From the IMG/VR virus record IMGVR_UViG_3300040801_000976, positions 32,001-96,000 of that record: 64,000 bases of DNA; one strand, given 5' to 3'. Below the pieces are notes generated by a model. That model was not told the origin of the DNA, searched no databases, and worked only from the letters and a program-made list of their open reading frames with translations. Source of the stretch: a virus. Shown in pieces: positions 10,301 to 19,996 of this stretch. Each line of letters starts with the position of its first letter. The first letter of the stretch is position 1. Both the position numbers and the translations under genes were made by a program.

Positions 10301-12256
10301 AGTAACTTGTCAGATAACGGTAATACTGTTATTATTGACTTACGTGGTACGGGCCTAACGTCTGTGGATCTTAGTAATGTTACTATAAACGATATCTTTA
10401 ACGCCAGTAACTCCGATTTGGAGACTATTACGGGAATGTCTATTGCTGTAAACTCCGTGATGGATATGGATGTGGATATTAGTAACGCTAATCTACAAGG
10501 GAGTTTATCCATCGAATTACAATCTGGTTACCTAAATTTATCAGGTAATTCCGGTCTAACTGCTTTGGTAGATACTAATGTTACAGCAAAAACTTTAGTA
10601 CCGAATCTATCCAACACCTCGATATCAGACATTAATTTTCCAAATGCTTACCTTGTAGGAGATTGTTTGTTTGAGACAATGGACATAGATTCTATAAGTG
10701 TGCAAGGTATTTCTGATGACCCAGGAATTAGTACTAGTATATCTTTTAGAGACGGACTAACTTCTGTCGCAGGTAATAATAATATACTATCCACGCTAGA
10801 CGGTGAGGCGTATGCAGGATCAACAGTTGATTTTACTAATTCTCTATATGGATATGATTCTACATCTGGCGGAGTAGATGGCAAGACGGCGTATAATAAT
10901 CTGGTTGCTGCTTCCGTAGTTATAGTGGGATTATACCAAACATTCAAATTTACTACTACTTATAACGGTAATATTGCACCATTCATATCGTTTGTTGTCG
11001 GGTCACCAAGTGTTGTATGGATGGTGGATGGTAACTCTTACACGGGCAGTAATCCATCATTACCGATAACGGGAGTCAGTACAGATGTATTCTTTACGAT
11101 AAAGTCTAGTGAACCAATAAATAGCCTGAGACTAAACGGCATGGGTTTAACAGCGTTTGAAAACCCTAACCTAATAATGACTGGTGAATTAAATATTAGT
11201 AATAATTCCTCACTGAGTAGTTTTTCTATAGGTCACGGTACCTCTGGACTAGACTTAAATGTCAGTTCGACAGCCATAACTACAGTAGGAGGACTGGCAT
11301 TCCCAAAAATAAAGAATAGGTTATTAGCCCAAACTTGCGCTTCTGTCACTACTTTATCGGCAATATCTCAAGATAATCCTATAGAACTTAGATTAACGGG
11401 AACGCAACTTGTATCAGCGGATTTATCAAATGTAGATTTCTATAGAATTGAATTAAAGAGTAATAGTTTACTAACTACTATAGCAAATATAACATCTACT
11501 TATGTAGGTCAGGTAATTGGAGATTTCTCCAATAATGATTTAACGGGTAATATTAGTTTCGCCAACCTTGATTGGAGTTATTTAAACCTAAATAATAATC
11601 CAAATCTCGGTATCTTTGGTGATTTAATATCTACCGCAGGTACTTTGGAATTAGCGAATACATCTAGACCGTCTACATTAAACTTGACTGCTTTTGTACT
11701 AAGTAATAACGGAACACTAAATATAAAAAACAATACATCTGTAACAAGTCTTACACTACCAGATACTAACAATTACTTTGCACTAGATGCATCTAATTGT
11801 TCAATAAGTACTATTAGTAGAGCTGTTAGTGGTACACCAAATATAACTAATTATCTGTTATTACCAAACAATGCGTTGGCAGCTTATCCTACTTTTAACA
11901 CGGCTAGTAATATACGTATGGACATTAGTGGTATTAGTACGATATCAGGTTCATTAGATATCAGTGGTAATTTATTCAAGACGTCGGTAAATATGTCTGG
12001 ACTAGGTGCCTTAACGGATTTGATAGTAACTAATTCTATATTCAGTGCTGGCACACTCATTGATCTTAGTGATAGTGTGCCTGTTGTAGACAATGTAAAT
12101 AAAATATTATATAATATGTCTCAGACAAATATATTTAATTGTACAATAGATATAAGTGGTACCAATCCAGCTCCGGACGCAACTTCCGGAGGATTCGACG
12201 GATTGGCTGCTGTAGTGGCTTTGGAGTCTAATGGTAATACAATAATAACATCATGA
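7310..12256 (+). CDS. Giant leucine-rich-repeat protein with four tandem modules (putative adhesin/decoration protein)
   Basis: LxxLDLSxN-type repeats. Four modules, each ending in a GGxDG cap (three continuing LExxGNT). Confidence 0.7.
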   Translation: MRSSNNKKFLFNSLPGKRSYGGIIFYTTRYGEFNPTAVTNDGTSVTWSVSGYEPQTTNTPSFTLGAGLKTVTLIPNTPESLIELDLSNQAILKGFSIRSAPNLENLYLNNNIDLTSVSVNIQGDVGVKVYLANSGILSFYNLGNLRGLDISNTPITSLSSLVSGTEGAFFKAQNVQSITNVDLSNYVVTELLNLQDSSIVNLTGLSFIDGDPDYLTEFRLKNSVLSTTLPPLSVTLALDLENTGIKDVTFLYLDTASTSGPYNTDYVSFKDNDLSSAEVNTILNKLTTENIENATIDVSGINSVLDGDAGGLDGWALVNSLEARGNTVLFNYNAASLYSGTTGNLRMTVYTTDTSDVRVNINGTYVQTISGGTVLSVEEGDFIEFIPERLNYFTGLYHNAGLDAGAIRGTLDISNTYINEVVLPEPLPNLNSVNLSSQSTQQLIFTSDLGAMYNISADTAGRVSAIMTISNASRLNNIDFGEVPTQIDFLNIPNLQSITNLHLFNSLVMTDVPLSAGLTVTSGTDIDFSINNSLLSSLDLSDVTLNSLELSDNLSLSTLVVPSGTYNVDIDNCEALVSADFSGVQVVSLFRFTDGTAPSLTLPSVIADASEIHLENNSFSPAAVNNYLQQLDATGISSGTIYLNGTNDVADTVSGGIDGILYKENLESRGNTVYCDVAPETLSFTTVKNGEVLLDITPSVSWSTDKGHSGVGNPSFTNDGTATVITLNVVDLEDILSLQFANQGLVGSVDLSGLTNLSVLDLSGNAITSVLNLETTSLESLTLDNTSIISLDLSSCSNSVEPVTLISLVDIPSLTSLQLFSGAVQEVQDLSIQDTGINSIDLSFVDIVLRVSITGGSVTSITELTASAMIESCEVDSTSITSLNLNGLTSDYIKITNNDTLSSVTGFPSGVRMIDGLDIYNNNLTSVLDLNNVQISDHVDFSNNTLLTGITNLRGYLTTSPISINGDNCSSLTTLNLVDVTLTGTLSLQNTTSLTTLSNLSDNGNTVIIDLRGTGLTSVDLSNVTINDIFNASNSDLETITGMSIAVNSVMDMDVDISNANLQGSLSIELQSGYLNLSGNSGLTALVDTNVTAKTLVPNLSNTSISDINFPNAYLVGDCLFETMDIDSISVQGISDDPGISTSISFRDGLTSVAGNNNILSTLDGEAYAGSTVDFTNSLYGYDSTSGGVDGKTAYNNLVAASVVIVGLYQTFKFTTTYNGNIAPFISFVVGSPSVVWMVDGNSYTGSNPSLPITGVSTDVFFTIKSSEPINSLRLNGMGLTAFENPNLIMTGELNISNNSSLSSFSIGHGTSGLDLNVSSTAITTVGGLAFPKIKNRLLAQTCASVTTLSAISQDNPIELRLTGTQLVSADLSNVDFYRIELKSNSLLTTIANITSTYVGQVIGDFSNNDLTGNISFANLDWSYLNLNNNPNLGIFGDLISTAGTLELANTSRPSTLNLTAFVLSNNGTLNIKNNTSVTSLTLPDTNNYFALDASNCSISTISRAVSGTPNITNYLLLPNNALAAYPTFNTASNIRMDISGISTISGSLDISGNLFKTSVNMSGLGALTDLIVTNSIFSAGTLIDLSDSVPVVDNVNKILYNMSQTNIFNCTIDISGTNPAPDATSGGFDGLAAVVALESNGNTIITS

Positions 12257-14439
12257 GTTTAATAAAAATAGATAGTAATATAAACTTTCTTGAAATTACG
12301 TATCCGGACGGTAGAAAAGAGTATTTTAATTATTTCCTAACAAAGAGGTTATTGTATGACGACGTAGATGATATGGTTATACTCGTTATGGCGGATGGTA
12401 ATACTAAAGAATTATATTATAAAAAAATAACAATACCGCTATATGACGATATACCGTTTTCTACAGGAACGGCCCTACTATCTTACCTAGCTTCGTTATA
12501 CGGCTTTGAGTTAGATGAAGGACAAACGTCAATAGAACTACAGAATGTATTTTCTAGTAAGATTGTGGAGAAGGATGGTCTTTATTACTATCCCGACTTA
12601 TCTGGAAATGGTAATGATATACAGATTAAAAATACCCAAATAGCCACCCTTGACGGAAATGTTTACCTAAAATCTGATTACAACCTAACCCTAAGAGGGA
12701 TTACAGTAGAAGAATTTATAGGCACTTCAACACCAACTATTGATGGTTTTAATATAACTTTTACAGCCGGAACAGCTATCTATATGAAGCTTTCTAATGG
12801 TGCTGAGTATTGGTTTCAGGCAAGTAATGGTATAAAGGTTTACGATTTGAATGGTATTACACCTGACTTTATAGTTGCGCAAGATGTACTTTCCACCCCA
12901 CCAACCCAAATAGGTAGCGATTGGGGCTTTGAGGACAGAACTACTTATGGAAACGATTTAACAATAAAAAATACACAGGTAGCTAAATTTAACGGTATAG
13001 CATTCATAACAGGTAACTTTACAGGTTACACTATTTCATCACAAGAAGGTACGGCAACAGCCACAAAAACTAATGACAGCAGAATTGATGTAACATCAGG
13101 ATTGATTTATTCAATAACAATAACCAACGGAACGTTCACGCTAACTTGGTATGCTCAGGAGAGTGATTTTGGAGAGCTATATTTTGCTGATGATTTAGGT
13201 AACACTTTGATTGCTCAATTAGATACCGCAAATTTAGAAGATATTTGGTCTGAGGTTTCAAGTTTGCCATATCCTGCTTTATCTGCAAAAGGGTATTCAA
13301 AATATTTAATTTGCAAAACAGCTGGTACAACAGCACATTTAGCAGAACCTGATAAAAGTAATTTAGGTAGTGAATTAGTTGTTAATGGGATGTTTGATAC
13401 TGACAGTAATTGGATAAAAGACGCTGGATGGTCGATTTCAGGCGGTGTTGCTAGTTGTGATGGAACTAATAGTGCTGCTATTAAACAAGTAATACCTGAA
13501 TTATTAGGTAGTAATTATAAACTTACATTTGACATAACCCAATATGTTTCCGGGTCAATAACTGCTTATTTGCCTTTTGGTACTTTTAATCTTGGAAATT
13601 ATTCTGAAGACGGTACTTATACACTTATAGTTATAGTCGGTTCTCTTCCAACCTTAGATTTATATTTTAAGTCAAACTCATTTGTTGGCTCAATTGATAA
13701 TATCTCAGTAAAAGAAATTCAGCCTATTGATTTAACAGCTCAGGAAAATACTTGGGAGTTTAGTTTTAAACTTAATAACGGTTCAATTAATCATTTTGTA
13801 TCAATATTTACTGATAATATTGATTGGTTAAATGGTTTTGGTTGTTATCTTAATTTAAGAACTGTAAATGGTGCGTTTCAATTATCTGAAAGAAATGGTT
13901 CTGGGGTACTTTTTATAACTGATAATAATTATATTGATATTAACCAATATTATACATTAAAAATTATACGTTCTACATTAGGTGAATTTACTGCTTATAT
14001 AAAAGGTAATAAGTTTGGAAATGATTATGTTTTAGTTGATACAACTGGTGGTTATGGAACAAATCCCGTGATTGGAAACACACATACAACATCTAAATTT
14101 ATGGTTATAGATAATAACGCTGGTGATAAAGTTTCTAATATTAAATTTAATAATGAAAGTTATGATGTTAGTAATTTTGTTGATAATACAGGCTCTTATG
14201 GCGTTCAAAAAGTGATAGCAGCATCAGAATTATTAGATGCTAAAGGAAATGAATTAGAAATACCCGCAAACGTGGTAAGTAATTCAGGTAACACCTACGA
14301 TGGGTTGCAAGTAACAGGCAAAGAAACAGACGCTACTTATGGTGATATTTATGAAATTGAAAACTCAGTAAATGTTGAAATAACCAAGACAGCAAATAAG
14401 CAAATGGGATATGTTGAACGAATAAAAATTAAACAATAA
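12253..14439 (+). CDS. Mosaic fibre/carbohydrate-binding structural protein
   Basis: ATGA overlap with the LRR gene. D(L)SGNGND-type motifs, a CBM-like LGSELVVNGMF...IDNISVKE insert, and paralogy with 14786-16696. Confidence 0.6.
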   Translation: MSLIKIDSNINFLEITYPDGRKEYFNYFLTKRLLYDDVDDMVILVMADGNTKELYYKKITIPLYDDIPFSTGTALLSYLASLYGFELDEGQTSIELQNVFSSKIVEKDGLYYYPDLSGNGNDIQIKNTQIATLDGNVYLKSDYNLTLRGITVEEFIGTSTPTIDGFNITFTAGTAIYMKLSNGAEYWFQASNGIKVYDLNGITPDFIVAQDVLSTPPTQIGSDWGFEDRTTYGNDLTIKNTQVAKFNGIAFITGNFTGYTISSQEGTATATKTNDSRIDVTSGLIYSITITNGTFTLTWYAQESDFGELYFADDLGNTLIAQLDTANLEDIWSEVSSLPYPALSAKGYSKYLICKTAGTTAHLAEPDKSNLGSELVVNGMFDTDSNWIKDAGWSISGGVASCDGTNSAAIKQVIPELLGSNYKLTFDITQYVSGSITAYLPFGTFNLGNYSEDGTYTLIVIVGSLPTLDLYFKSNSFVGSIDNISVKEIQPIDLTAQENTWEFSFKLNNGSINHFVSIFTDNIDWLNGFGCYLNLRTVNGAFQLSERNGSGVLFITDNNYIDINQYYTLKIIRSTLGEFTAYIKGNKFGNDYVLVDTTGGYGTNPVIGNTHTTSKFMVIDNNAGDKVSNIKFNNESYDVSNFVDNTGSYGVQKVIAASELLDAKGNELEIPANVVSNSGNTYDGLQVTGKETDATYGDIYEIENSVNVEITKTANKQMGYVERIKIKQ

Positions 14440-14786
14440 TGCCGACAACTACGTACACACCGAAAGAGACATTTTTTTTCATAGCGACCCCGGCAATACT
14501 GGGTGCTGTGATACCTGAACAGATAAAATCTGAATTGGGATATGCGCAGGATTACACGCTAAGAGAAACAGCTCAAATAGTAAGGGAAATGGCGGACGGC
14601 AATTTTGCCGTATCAGTTCAATTATGCCCAAACCCTCTATTGCCTAACAAGTGCGTTAACGGATTTATAACCGAACAGGATTTTAACAAAGCCCTGCAAA
14701 ATTATCAAGCATTTGGAATAACCGAATTTTTAACGTTACAAGAGTTTAGGGAATTGGAATTTAAAGGAAACGAAATTTTAGAATAA
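14439..14786 (+). CDS. Hypothetical protein (115 aa)
   Basis: TAATG overlaps with both neighbouring genes. Confidence 0.65.
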   Translation: MPTTTYTPKETFFFIATPAILGAVIPEQIKSELGYAQDYTLRETAQIVREMADGNFAVSVQLCPNPLLPNKCVNGFITEQDFNKALQNYQAFGITEFLTLQEFRELEFKGNEILE

Positions 14787-16696
14787 TGGATTTAACTTTA
14801 TATACAGATGCGACCGAAATATTAACAGAAGATTTATCTCCTGATTCAGTATATTATGGTGCAGAATCAAATAAGCCATTTGCAGCATTAACGTTGTCAA
14901 GTGAACTTGATGCAACTGATTTAGGTTATGTGTCCACTGATGATGCTAACAATCATCTTGCTGCATCTGCTTCTGGATGGGTTGGGCATATTATAAAATT
15001 AGTAACTACAAGTTCAAGCATTACGCAAATATCGGTTACAGCTAAAGGGTATGGTACAGGTGGTGGAACTTCTGATTGCGGATGGAGTATGCATATATGG
15101 AATTTTACAACTGAATCATTTAGCGCAAGTTTAGATTCACATACTACTACAAGTAAAGATACCTTAACGGCTAATATAACTACTAATTTATCTGACTATG
15201 TAGACGCAAGTGGTAATATTTATGTATTACTACAAGCAACAGTAGGTACAGAAGGTGCAGGAAGTGGCAGCTACTTGTATTATGCAGAAAGTACAATATC
15301 CTACCAACAAGATTTAGGTGAAACGGAATTATCAGGAGCAGCGCTAACAGCATTTTGGGCTACTCGATCAGATGCAGCTTTTCCGGCTTTATTGAAGTAC
15401 GGGTATGATGTTTATGCTGAGATAGGGGATTTAACTAATCAAAGTAAGTGGCAATACATTATTCTTACAGAGGGGAAGTCTAAGACCATTGATGTACCTA
15501 CAGGTTATCAGTATTCTCATACAGTACCCCCTCGCTCGGGATTTAGTAACACTGGTAATACATTATTACAGAAGGCTGGAAGCAATGAATTATATGAACA
15601 TTCTGAATCGTATAACCTACAGTGGTATTCCGAGAACTCTAGTAATCCAACTATAATTAACTGGAATACTCTTATGGATTACTTGAGTGGTTCAATTTAC
15701 GAAATAGACAAAACAGCCAATTATATAACTAGGTTTAAAACTGATGACCAGGACGTAGTATCCACTCCACCAACCCAAATAGGCAGCGATTGGGGGTTTG
15801 AAGATGCTACCAGTAATGGTAATGATTTATTGGTTAAAGATGTACAGGTGGGTTATTTTGATGGCATTGTTTCTACGGTTATTTTTGATGATTGGGAGTT
15901 TACTGTTGGCGATGAAATTATAATCAATATAAACCTTGGCGAGGTTGATGATACTCAATATTTTCTTGGAAGAAATGTTACTGGAGATGGCGGAGGTCTG
16001 CGTTATAATAGAAGTAATATATTATTTTTTGCAAACGTTTCTGCAAATAATGGGACTTGGGATTATTTAGCACCAAATAAAATAGTAGAACTTAGATTAG
16101 TTAGGAATACATCGACTGTTTTTGAATTATTTATCGATGGAAGTACATTAGGTGTTATATCATTAAGTGATTCAGTTATTTATTTTAATAGGATTAGTGA
16201 AAGATATGACGGGTACAATTTTAAAGGGTTAATTAGTAGTGTTAAATTAGGAAATGATATTTCATATAATTTCCGAACAGGCGGCGGTACAGAAATTTTT
16301 GACAATTCAGGCAACGGCAATCACGGCACTTTAACAGGAGCGAATTTAGAAAGTTTTTGGGGCACTAAAGTTTCGGGTATTGCAGATGCATTCATTGAAA
16401 ATGGTGGTAAGGTTTACGGAGAAACAGGTGATTTAACCAATAAATCAAAATGGCGATATGTTGTTGCACAGGATGATGGCACTTACTTAACACCAACCAT
16501 AACTGGATATGAAGTAATTGCTACGATTCCACCGGGAGTTATTTCAGATAGCGGTAATACTTTTGACGGATTGCAAGTAGCAGGTTTAGAAACAGGAGCT
16601 ACTTATGCAGATATTGATAATGTTATACCAGAAAATGTTTTGAAATTTGATTATGAAGATAATGTGTTTAAGAGTATGATTAGCTATAAAAAGTAA
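14786..16696 (+). CDS. Mosaic structural protein with a LamG/ConA-like domain
   Basis: FELFIDG...FKGLISSV...FDNSGNGNHGTL LamG-like signature; shares STPPTQIGSDWGFED with the 728-aa gene. Confidence 0.6.
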   Translation: MDLTLYTDATEILTEDLSPDSVYYGAESNKPFAALTLSSELDATDLGYVSTDDANNHLAASASGWVGHIIKLVTTSSSITQISVTAKGYGTGGGTSDCGWSMHIWNFTTESFSASLDSHTTTSKDTLTANITTNLSDYVDASGNIYVLLQATVGTEGAGSGSYLYYAESTISYQQDLGETELSGAALTAFWATRSDAAFPALLKYGYDVYAEIGDLTNQSKWQYIILTEGKSKTIDVPTGYQYSHTVPPRSGFSNTGNTLLQKAGSNELYEHSESYNLQWYSENSSNPTIINWNTLMDYLSGSIYEIDKTANYITRFKTDDQDVVSTPPTQIGSDWGFEDATSNGNDLLVKDVQVGYFDGIVSTVIFDDWEFTVGDEIIININLGEVDDTQYFLGRNVTGDGGGLRYNRSNILFFANVSANNGTWDYLAPNKIVELRLVRNTSTVFELFIDGSTLGVISLSDSVIYFNRISERYDGYNFKGLISSVKLGNDISYNFRTGGGTEIFDNSGNGNHGTLTGANLESFWGTKVSGIADAFIENGGKVYGETGDLTNKSKWRYVVAQDDGTYLTPTITGYEVIATIPPGVISDSGNTFDGLQVAGLETGATYADIDNVIPENVLKFDYEDNVFKSMISYKK

Positions 16697-16739
16697 TGTA
16701 TTAAAATTATATATAGTGATATATTTCATTTTTAAAATA

Positions 16740-16755
16740 TTTTTACTATAATACT
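16740..16755 (+). promoter_or_regulatory. Putative late promoter motif TTTTTACTATAATACT, copy 2
   Basis: Intergenic, directly upstream of the scaffold-capsid operon. Confidence 0.65.
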
Positions 16756-16797
16756 GACGTAGAACATTTTTACAAATTTAATAAGTTTAATGGAAAA

Positions 16798-17958
16798 ATG
16801 GATATTGATGATATTTATGATGATCCTGTAGTAGAGGATCCAAAAAATGATACCACTGGGGATCCTAGTAAGGATACCGACGAAGATGGTGATCAAAAAC
16901 AAACCGATGGTAATTCCGTTACAGATAAAGATACATCTAATAGTAACGATGATGGTAAAGGAAGTACTGATAAAGTAGAATCAGACGCTGAGGATAAGGA
17001 CTCCGACAAACCAAAAGACGAGGAAGAGGAGGGTTCTGGTACTGAGGATTTATCGGGTACTGAACGTTACTTGTCGCGTTTTGGTATAGAAGCCGGTATG
17101 ATCGAGTTTGATAACGGTGAATCGAAACACTTTGACGAACTTGACGCAGAGAAACAAGAAGAGGTATTAGCTCAGTTACACTCCAGCAACGAAACTTCTA
17201 TAGAAGAGAAGTATGGTTTAGATGAGAAGGAGATAGGATTTATAAATTATTTAAGGGAGAATAAAACTTCTGTAGAAGAGTTTATACAAGATGCCGCTGC
17301 TCGTAGGGTACAGACAATACTTGCTCAACAACAAGTTGGTAACGAGGATTATGATAAGTTAGATGAAGATATGATCTTTACCGCTTTCTTAAAGAAAAAT
17401 AATCCTGAAGCAACTCCCGAAGAAATCGAGGAAGATCTTAAAAAAGCCAAAGAGTTAAAGGGTTATAAGACTACTGTAAACGGAATACGAGAACAATTTA
17501 AAAAAGATCAGAAAGCAGAAGTAGAGACTTTACGTACCAAAAGTTTACAAGATAGGCAAAAAGAACTTGAGGAAGAGAGAAAATTAGTTGTAAACAAAGT
17601 TTCCGAGCTAAACGATATAGACGGATTTCAGTTAGATGATAGTACTAAAAACTCGGTTCTTGACTTAATTCTGGAAGTAGACGAGGACGGAGACTCTAGA
17701 TTTCTTACAGAGGTTTTTAGTGACCCAGAAAAATTATTTCGTGCAGCATGGTGGTACCAGAATGGTTCCGACGTGATGAAGCAGCGAGAGGAATACTGGA
17801 AAAAAGAAAAGTCCGCCGCATATAAACGTGGGCAATCTACTAAAGAATCTAAGAAACAAAGTTTTAAGTCAAATGATTCTGATTTAAGCAATAAAGATAA
17901 AACCACACCGACACCAGGTAATTATGATAATACATATTCCCTGGATGATTTATATTAA
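16798..17958 (+). CDS. Putative capsid scaffolding protein
   Basis: Very acidic disordered N-terminus and coiled-coil middle; sits immediately upstream of the major capsid gene, as in crAss-like phages. Confidence 0.6.
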   Translation: MDIDDIYDDPVVEDPKNDTTGDPSKDTDEDGDQKQTDGNSVTDKDTSNSNDDGKGSTDKVESDAEDKDSDKPKDEEEEGSGTEDLSGTERYLSRFGIEAGMIEFDNGESKHFDELDAEKQEEVLAQLHSSNETSIEEKYGLDEKEIGFINYLRENKTSVEEFIQDAAARRVQTILAQQQVGNEDYDKLDEDMIFTAFLKKNNPEATPEEIEEDLKKAKELKGYKTTVNGIREQFKKDQKAEVETLRTKSLQDRQKELEEERKLVVNKVSELNDIDGFQLDDSTKNSVLDLILEVDEDGDSRFLTEVFSDPEKLFRAAWWYQNGSDVMKQREEYWKKEKSAAYKRGQSTKESKKQSFKSNDSDLSNKDKTTPTPGNYDNTYSLDDLY

Positions 17959-17988
17959 TATTAATATTTTAAATTTTATTTTTGAAAA

Positions 17989-18841
17989 ATGAAGATTGTT
18001 GATAAGAAAACGGTTCTCCACAATATGGGAGAAACAAGAACCGTTCAGAATTTCAATCAGGTATTTGGAACAAAACCGCATCGTATGGGTTTAGTAGCCT
18101 CACTCTATCCAGATTTGGCTATCACTATACTTACCGATGCACTAAAAAACATTTTCTATAATAAATCTAAGGGAGCTGATAGTTTCCAACCAATTAACTC
18201 AATGGCTGTTGAATGGACTGTTGACGTTAACTACATTAAAAAAGTAGAGATTGCGGAAGATGTTACAACTGCTACACCGGGTATGAATAAAGTGCCTGTT
18301 ACCATGATTTTGAAAGAAAAGTATTACGATAAAAATGATACTTTTTCATTAGAAAACCACCAACAAGCGTTGGTTATTGCTCCTCCTAGACAATTAGGAC
18401 CAGCAAGATGGGAACATGTCGTAGTTTTAGTAGGTAATGATTATTCCAAATCGTTTGACCCACGGTTCTTAAAAAGAGGTAAATTTACTAGATACCGTAG
18501 TAATTACCATCCTGAGTTGTCAGAGAGAGGATATACCAAGTATACGGATAACACCGAAACACACAGAAACTGGATGTCTAGGCACAGAGCTTCTGATACT
18601 GTATCGGCTGATTATAAAATGCAAGAGTCCGTATATTTAGAGATTGCTAAGAAAGATAAAAAAGAGTATTACAAGATGCATCAACATGAGGTAGACGTGA
18701 TGAATACGTTTATGTTGGCTAAAAATAACTCTTGTATCTTTTCTCAAACCAACTATGATGTAAATGGTAAATGCCTTGACCAGGATGAGAGAGGTCGTGA
18801 TGTACCAATGTCAGATGGTGTATTACCGCAAATAGAACGTT
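17989..18841 (+). CDS. Major capsid protein, exon 1 (spliced product 472 aa)
   Basis: crAss-type MCP motifs (ETRT, LKEKYY, SNYHPELSERGYTKY, HRAS, DGVLPQIER). The exon ends at T18841, the U of the P1 U-G pair. Confidence 0.88.
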
Positions 18842-19996
18842 AAACTTCGCAATGGCGTTCCAAAACTTGTTTAACTGCTGGAAACTTCGTTAATTAATAT
18901 ACACTACAACATAACTCGAAAGGAGTAAGTGTGAATGTTAAAAAGTATATTAATCGAACAATCAGCAGCCAGGTGCCTAAGTTTTTATATGGTACAAGGT
19001 TCAGAGACTATCGAAAGCCTATACGTAGAGTGAGTAGAGTAATAACAATGAAACAACAAGATGAAGTATATAGTTTATATTACAACAAACACAATTAATA
19101 CCAAGATATACGTAGGAGTGCATAAAGTAGAAGATCCAAACGTATTTGACGGGTATATAGGTTGTGGAATAAAATCCGACAAACAGAAGTTAAATGATAA
19201 TTTATTTCATAAAGCTGTTAAAAAGCACGGATACCACAACTTCACAAGACACACATTAGCTGTATTTAATACAGCGGAAGAGGCTTATCATTTAGAAAGA
19301 CAGATTGTTACACAAGCTTTTGTACAATCAAGATTCACTTACAACTGCATAAAAGGCGGTATTTGTAATGCTGGTACTAAGAATAAGTGCAGTATAATAC
19401 AATATACAATGAGCGGTAAATTTGTAAGAGAATGGTCTTCAATAACAGAAGCTTCAGAGTCAGTTAATTGTTCTCCAGGAACTTTAAGACAGGCATTATC
19501 ACCTCCTTATAAATCCAGAGCCGGTTACCAGTGGAGGTATAAAACAGAAGACTATCCATTATATATAGGTTACTATAACTCTAAACTTAGAGTTGCACAA
19601 TATGATAAGGATGGTAATTTTATTAAGTTATGGTCTTCCTGTAAAGCCGCAGCCGCGAATTTTGGTAAAAAAAGTGATTCCGCGTTACTTTCGTATGCAA
19701 AGAGTCATAAATTGTACGAGGATTACCAGTGGAGGATTATTAGAAACCATGAAGAGGTTCCTGATTTTATTGAGGAATATAAGGATAAAAATATTATTCT
19801 ACAAATGACTTTGGATAACCAAGTTGTGAGAGAGTGGGATAAAAGAATTCTTTATAAAGATAGTGTGTTTAAAAACGTTAAGGATTGTGTTAATGGTCGT
19901 TGTAAAACTTACAAAGGCTTTAAGTGGAAATATAAATATAAACTATAATATTCATAAGATATAGTCCACACAACAAAGGGGTTTAGTTAGCCCGAG
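18842..19996 (+). mobile_element. Group I self-splicing intron (IA2-like, 1155 nt) in the major capsid gene
   Basis: P AACTGCTGGAAA 18873; Q AATCAGCAG 18960; R GTTCAGAGACTA 18999; S AAGATATAGTCC 19956. P1 GAACGTT/GGCGTTC; perfect P10 TCGCAAT (18847-18853) with ATTGCGA (19997-20003); terminal G at 19996. Confidence 0.93.
19061..19948 (+). CDS. Intron-encoded GIY-YIG homing endonuclease with three NUMOD1-like repeats
   Basis: YIVY...IYVG...YIGCG N-terminal nuclease domain; repeats QYTMSGKFVREW, QYDKDGNFIKLW and QMTLDNQVVREW. Confidence 0.88.
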   Translation: MKYIVYITTNTINTKIYVGVHKVEDPNVFDGYIGCGIKSDKQKLNDNLFHKAVKKHGYHNFTRHTLAVFNTAEEAYHLERQIVTQAFVQSRFTYNCIKGGICNAGTKNKCSIIQYTMSGKFVREWSSITEASESVNCSPGTLRQALSPPYKSRAGYQWRYKTEDYPLYIGYYNSKLRVAQYDKDGNFIKLWSSCKAAAANFGKKSDSALLSYAKSHKLYEDYQWRIIRNHEEVPDFIEEYKDKNIILQMTLDNQVVREWDKRILYKDSVFKNVKDCVNGRCKTYKGFKWKYKYKL

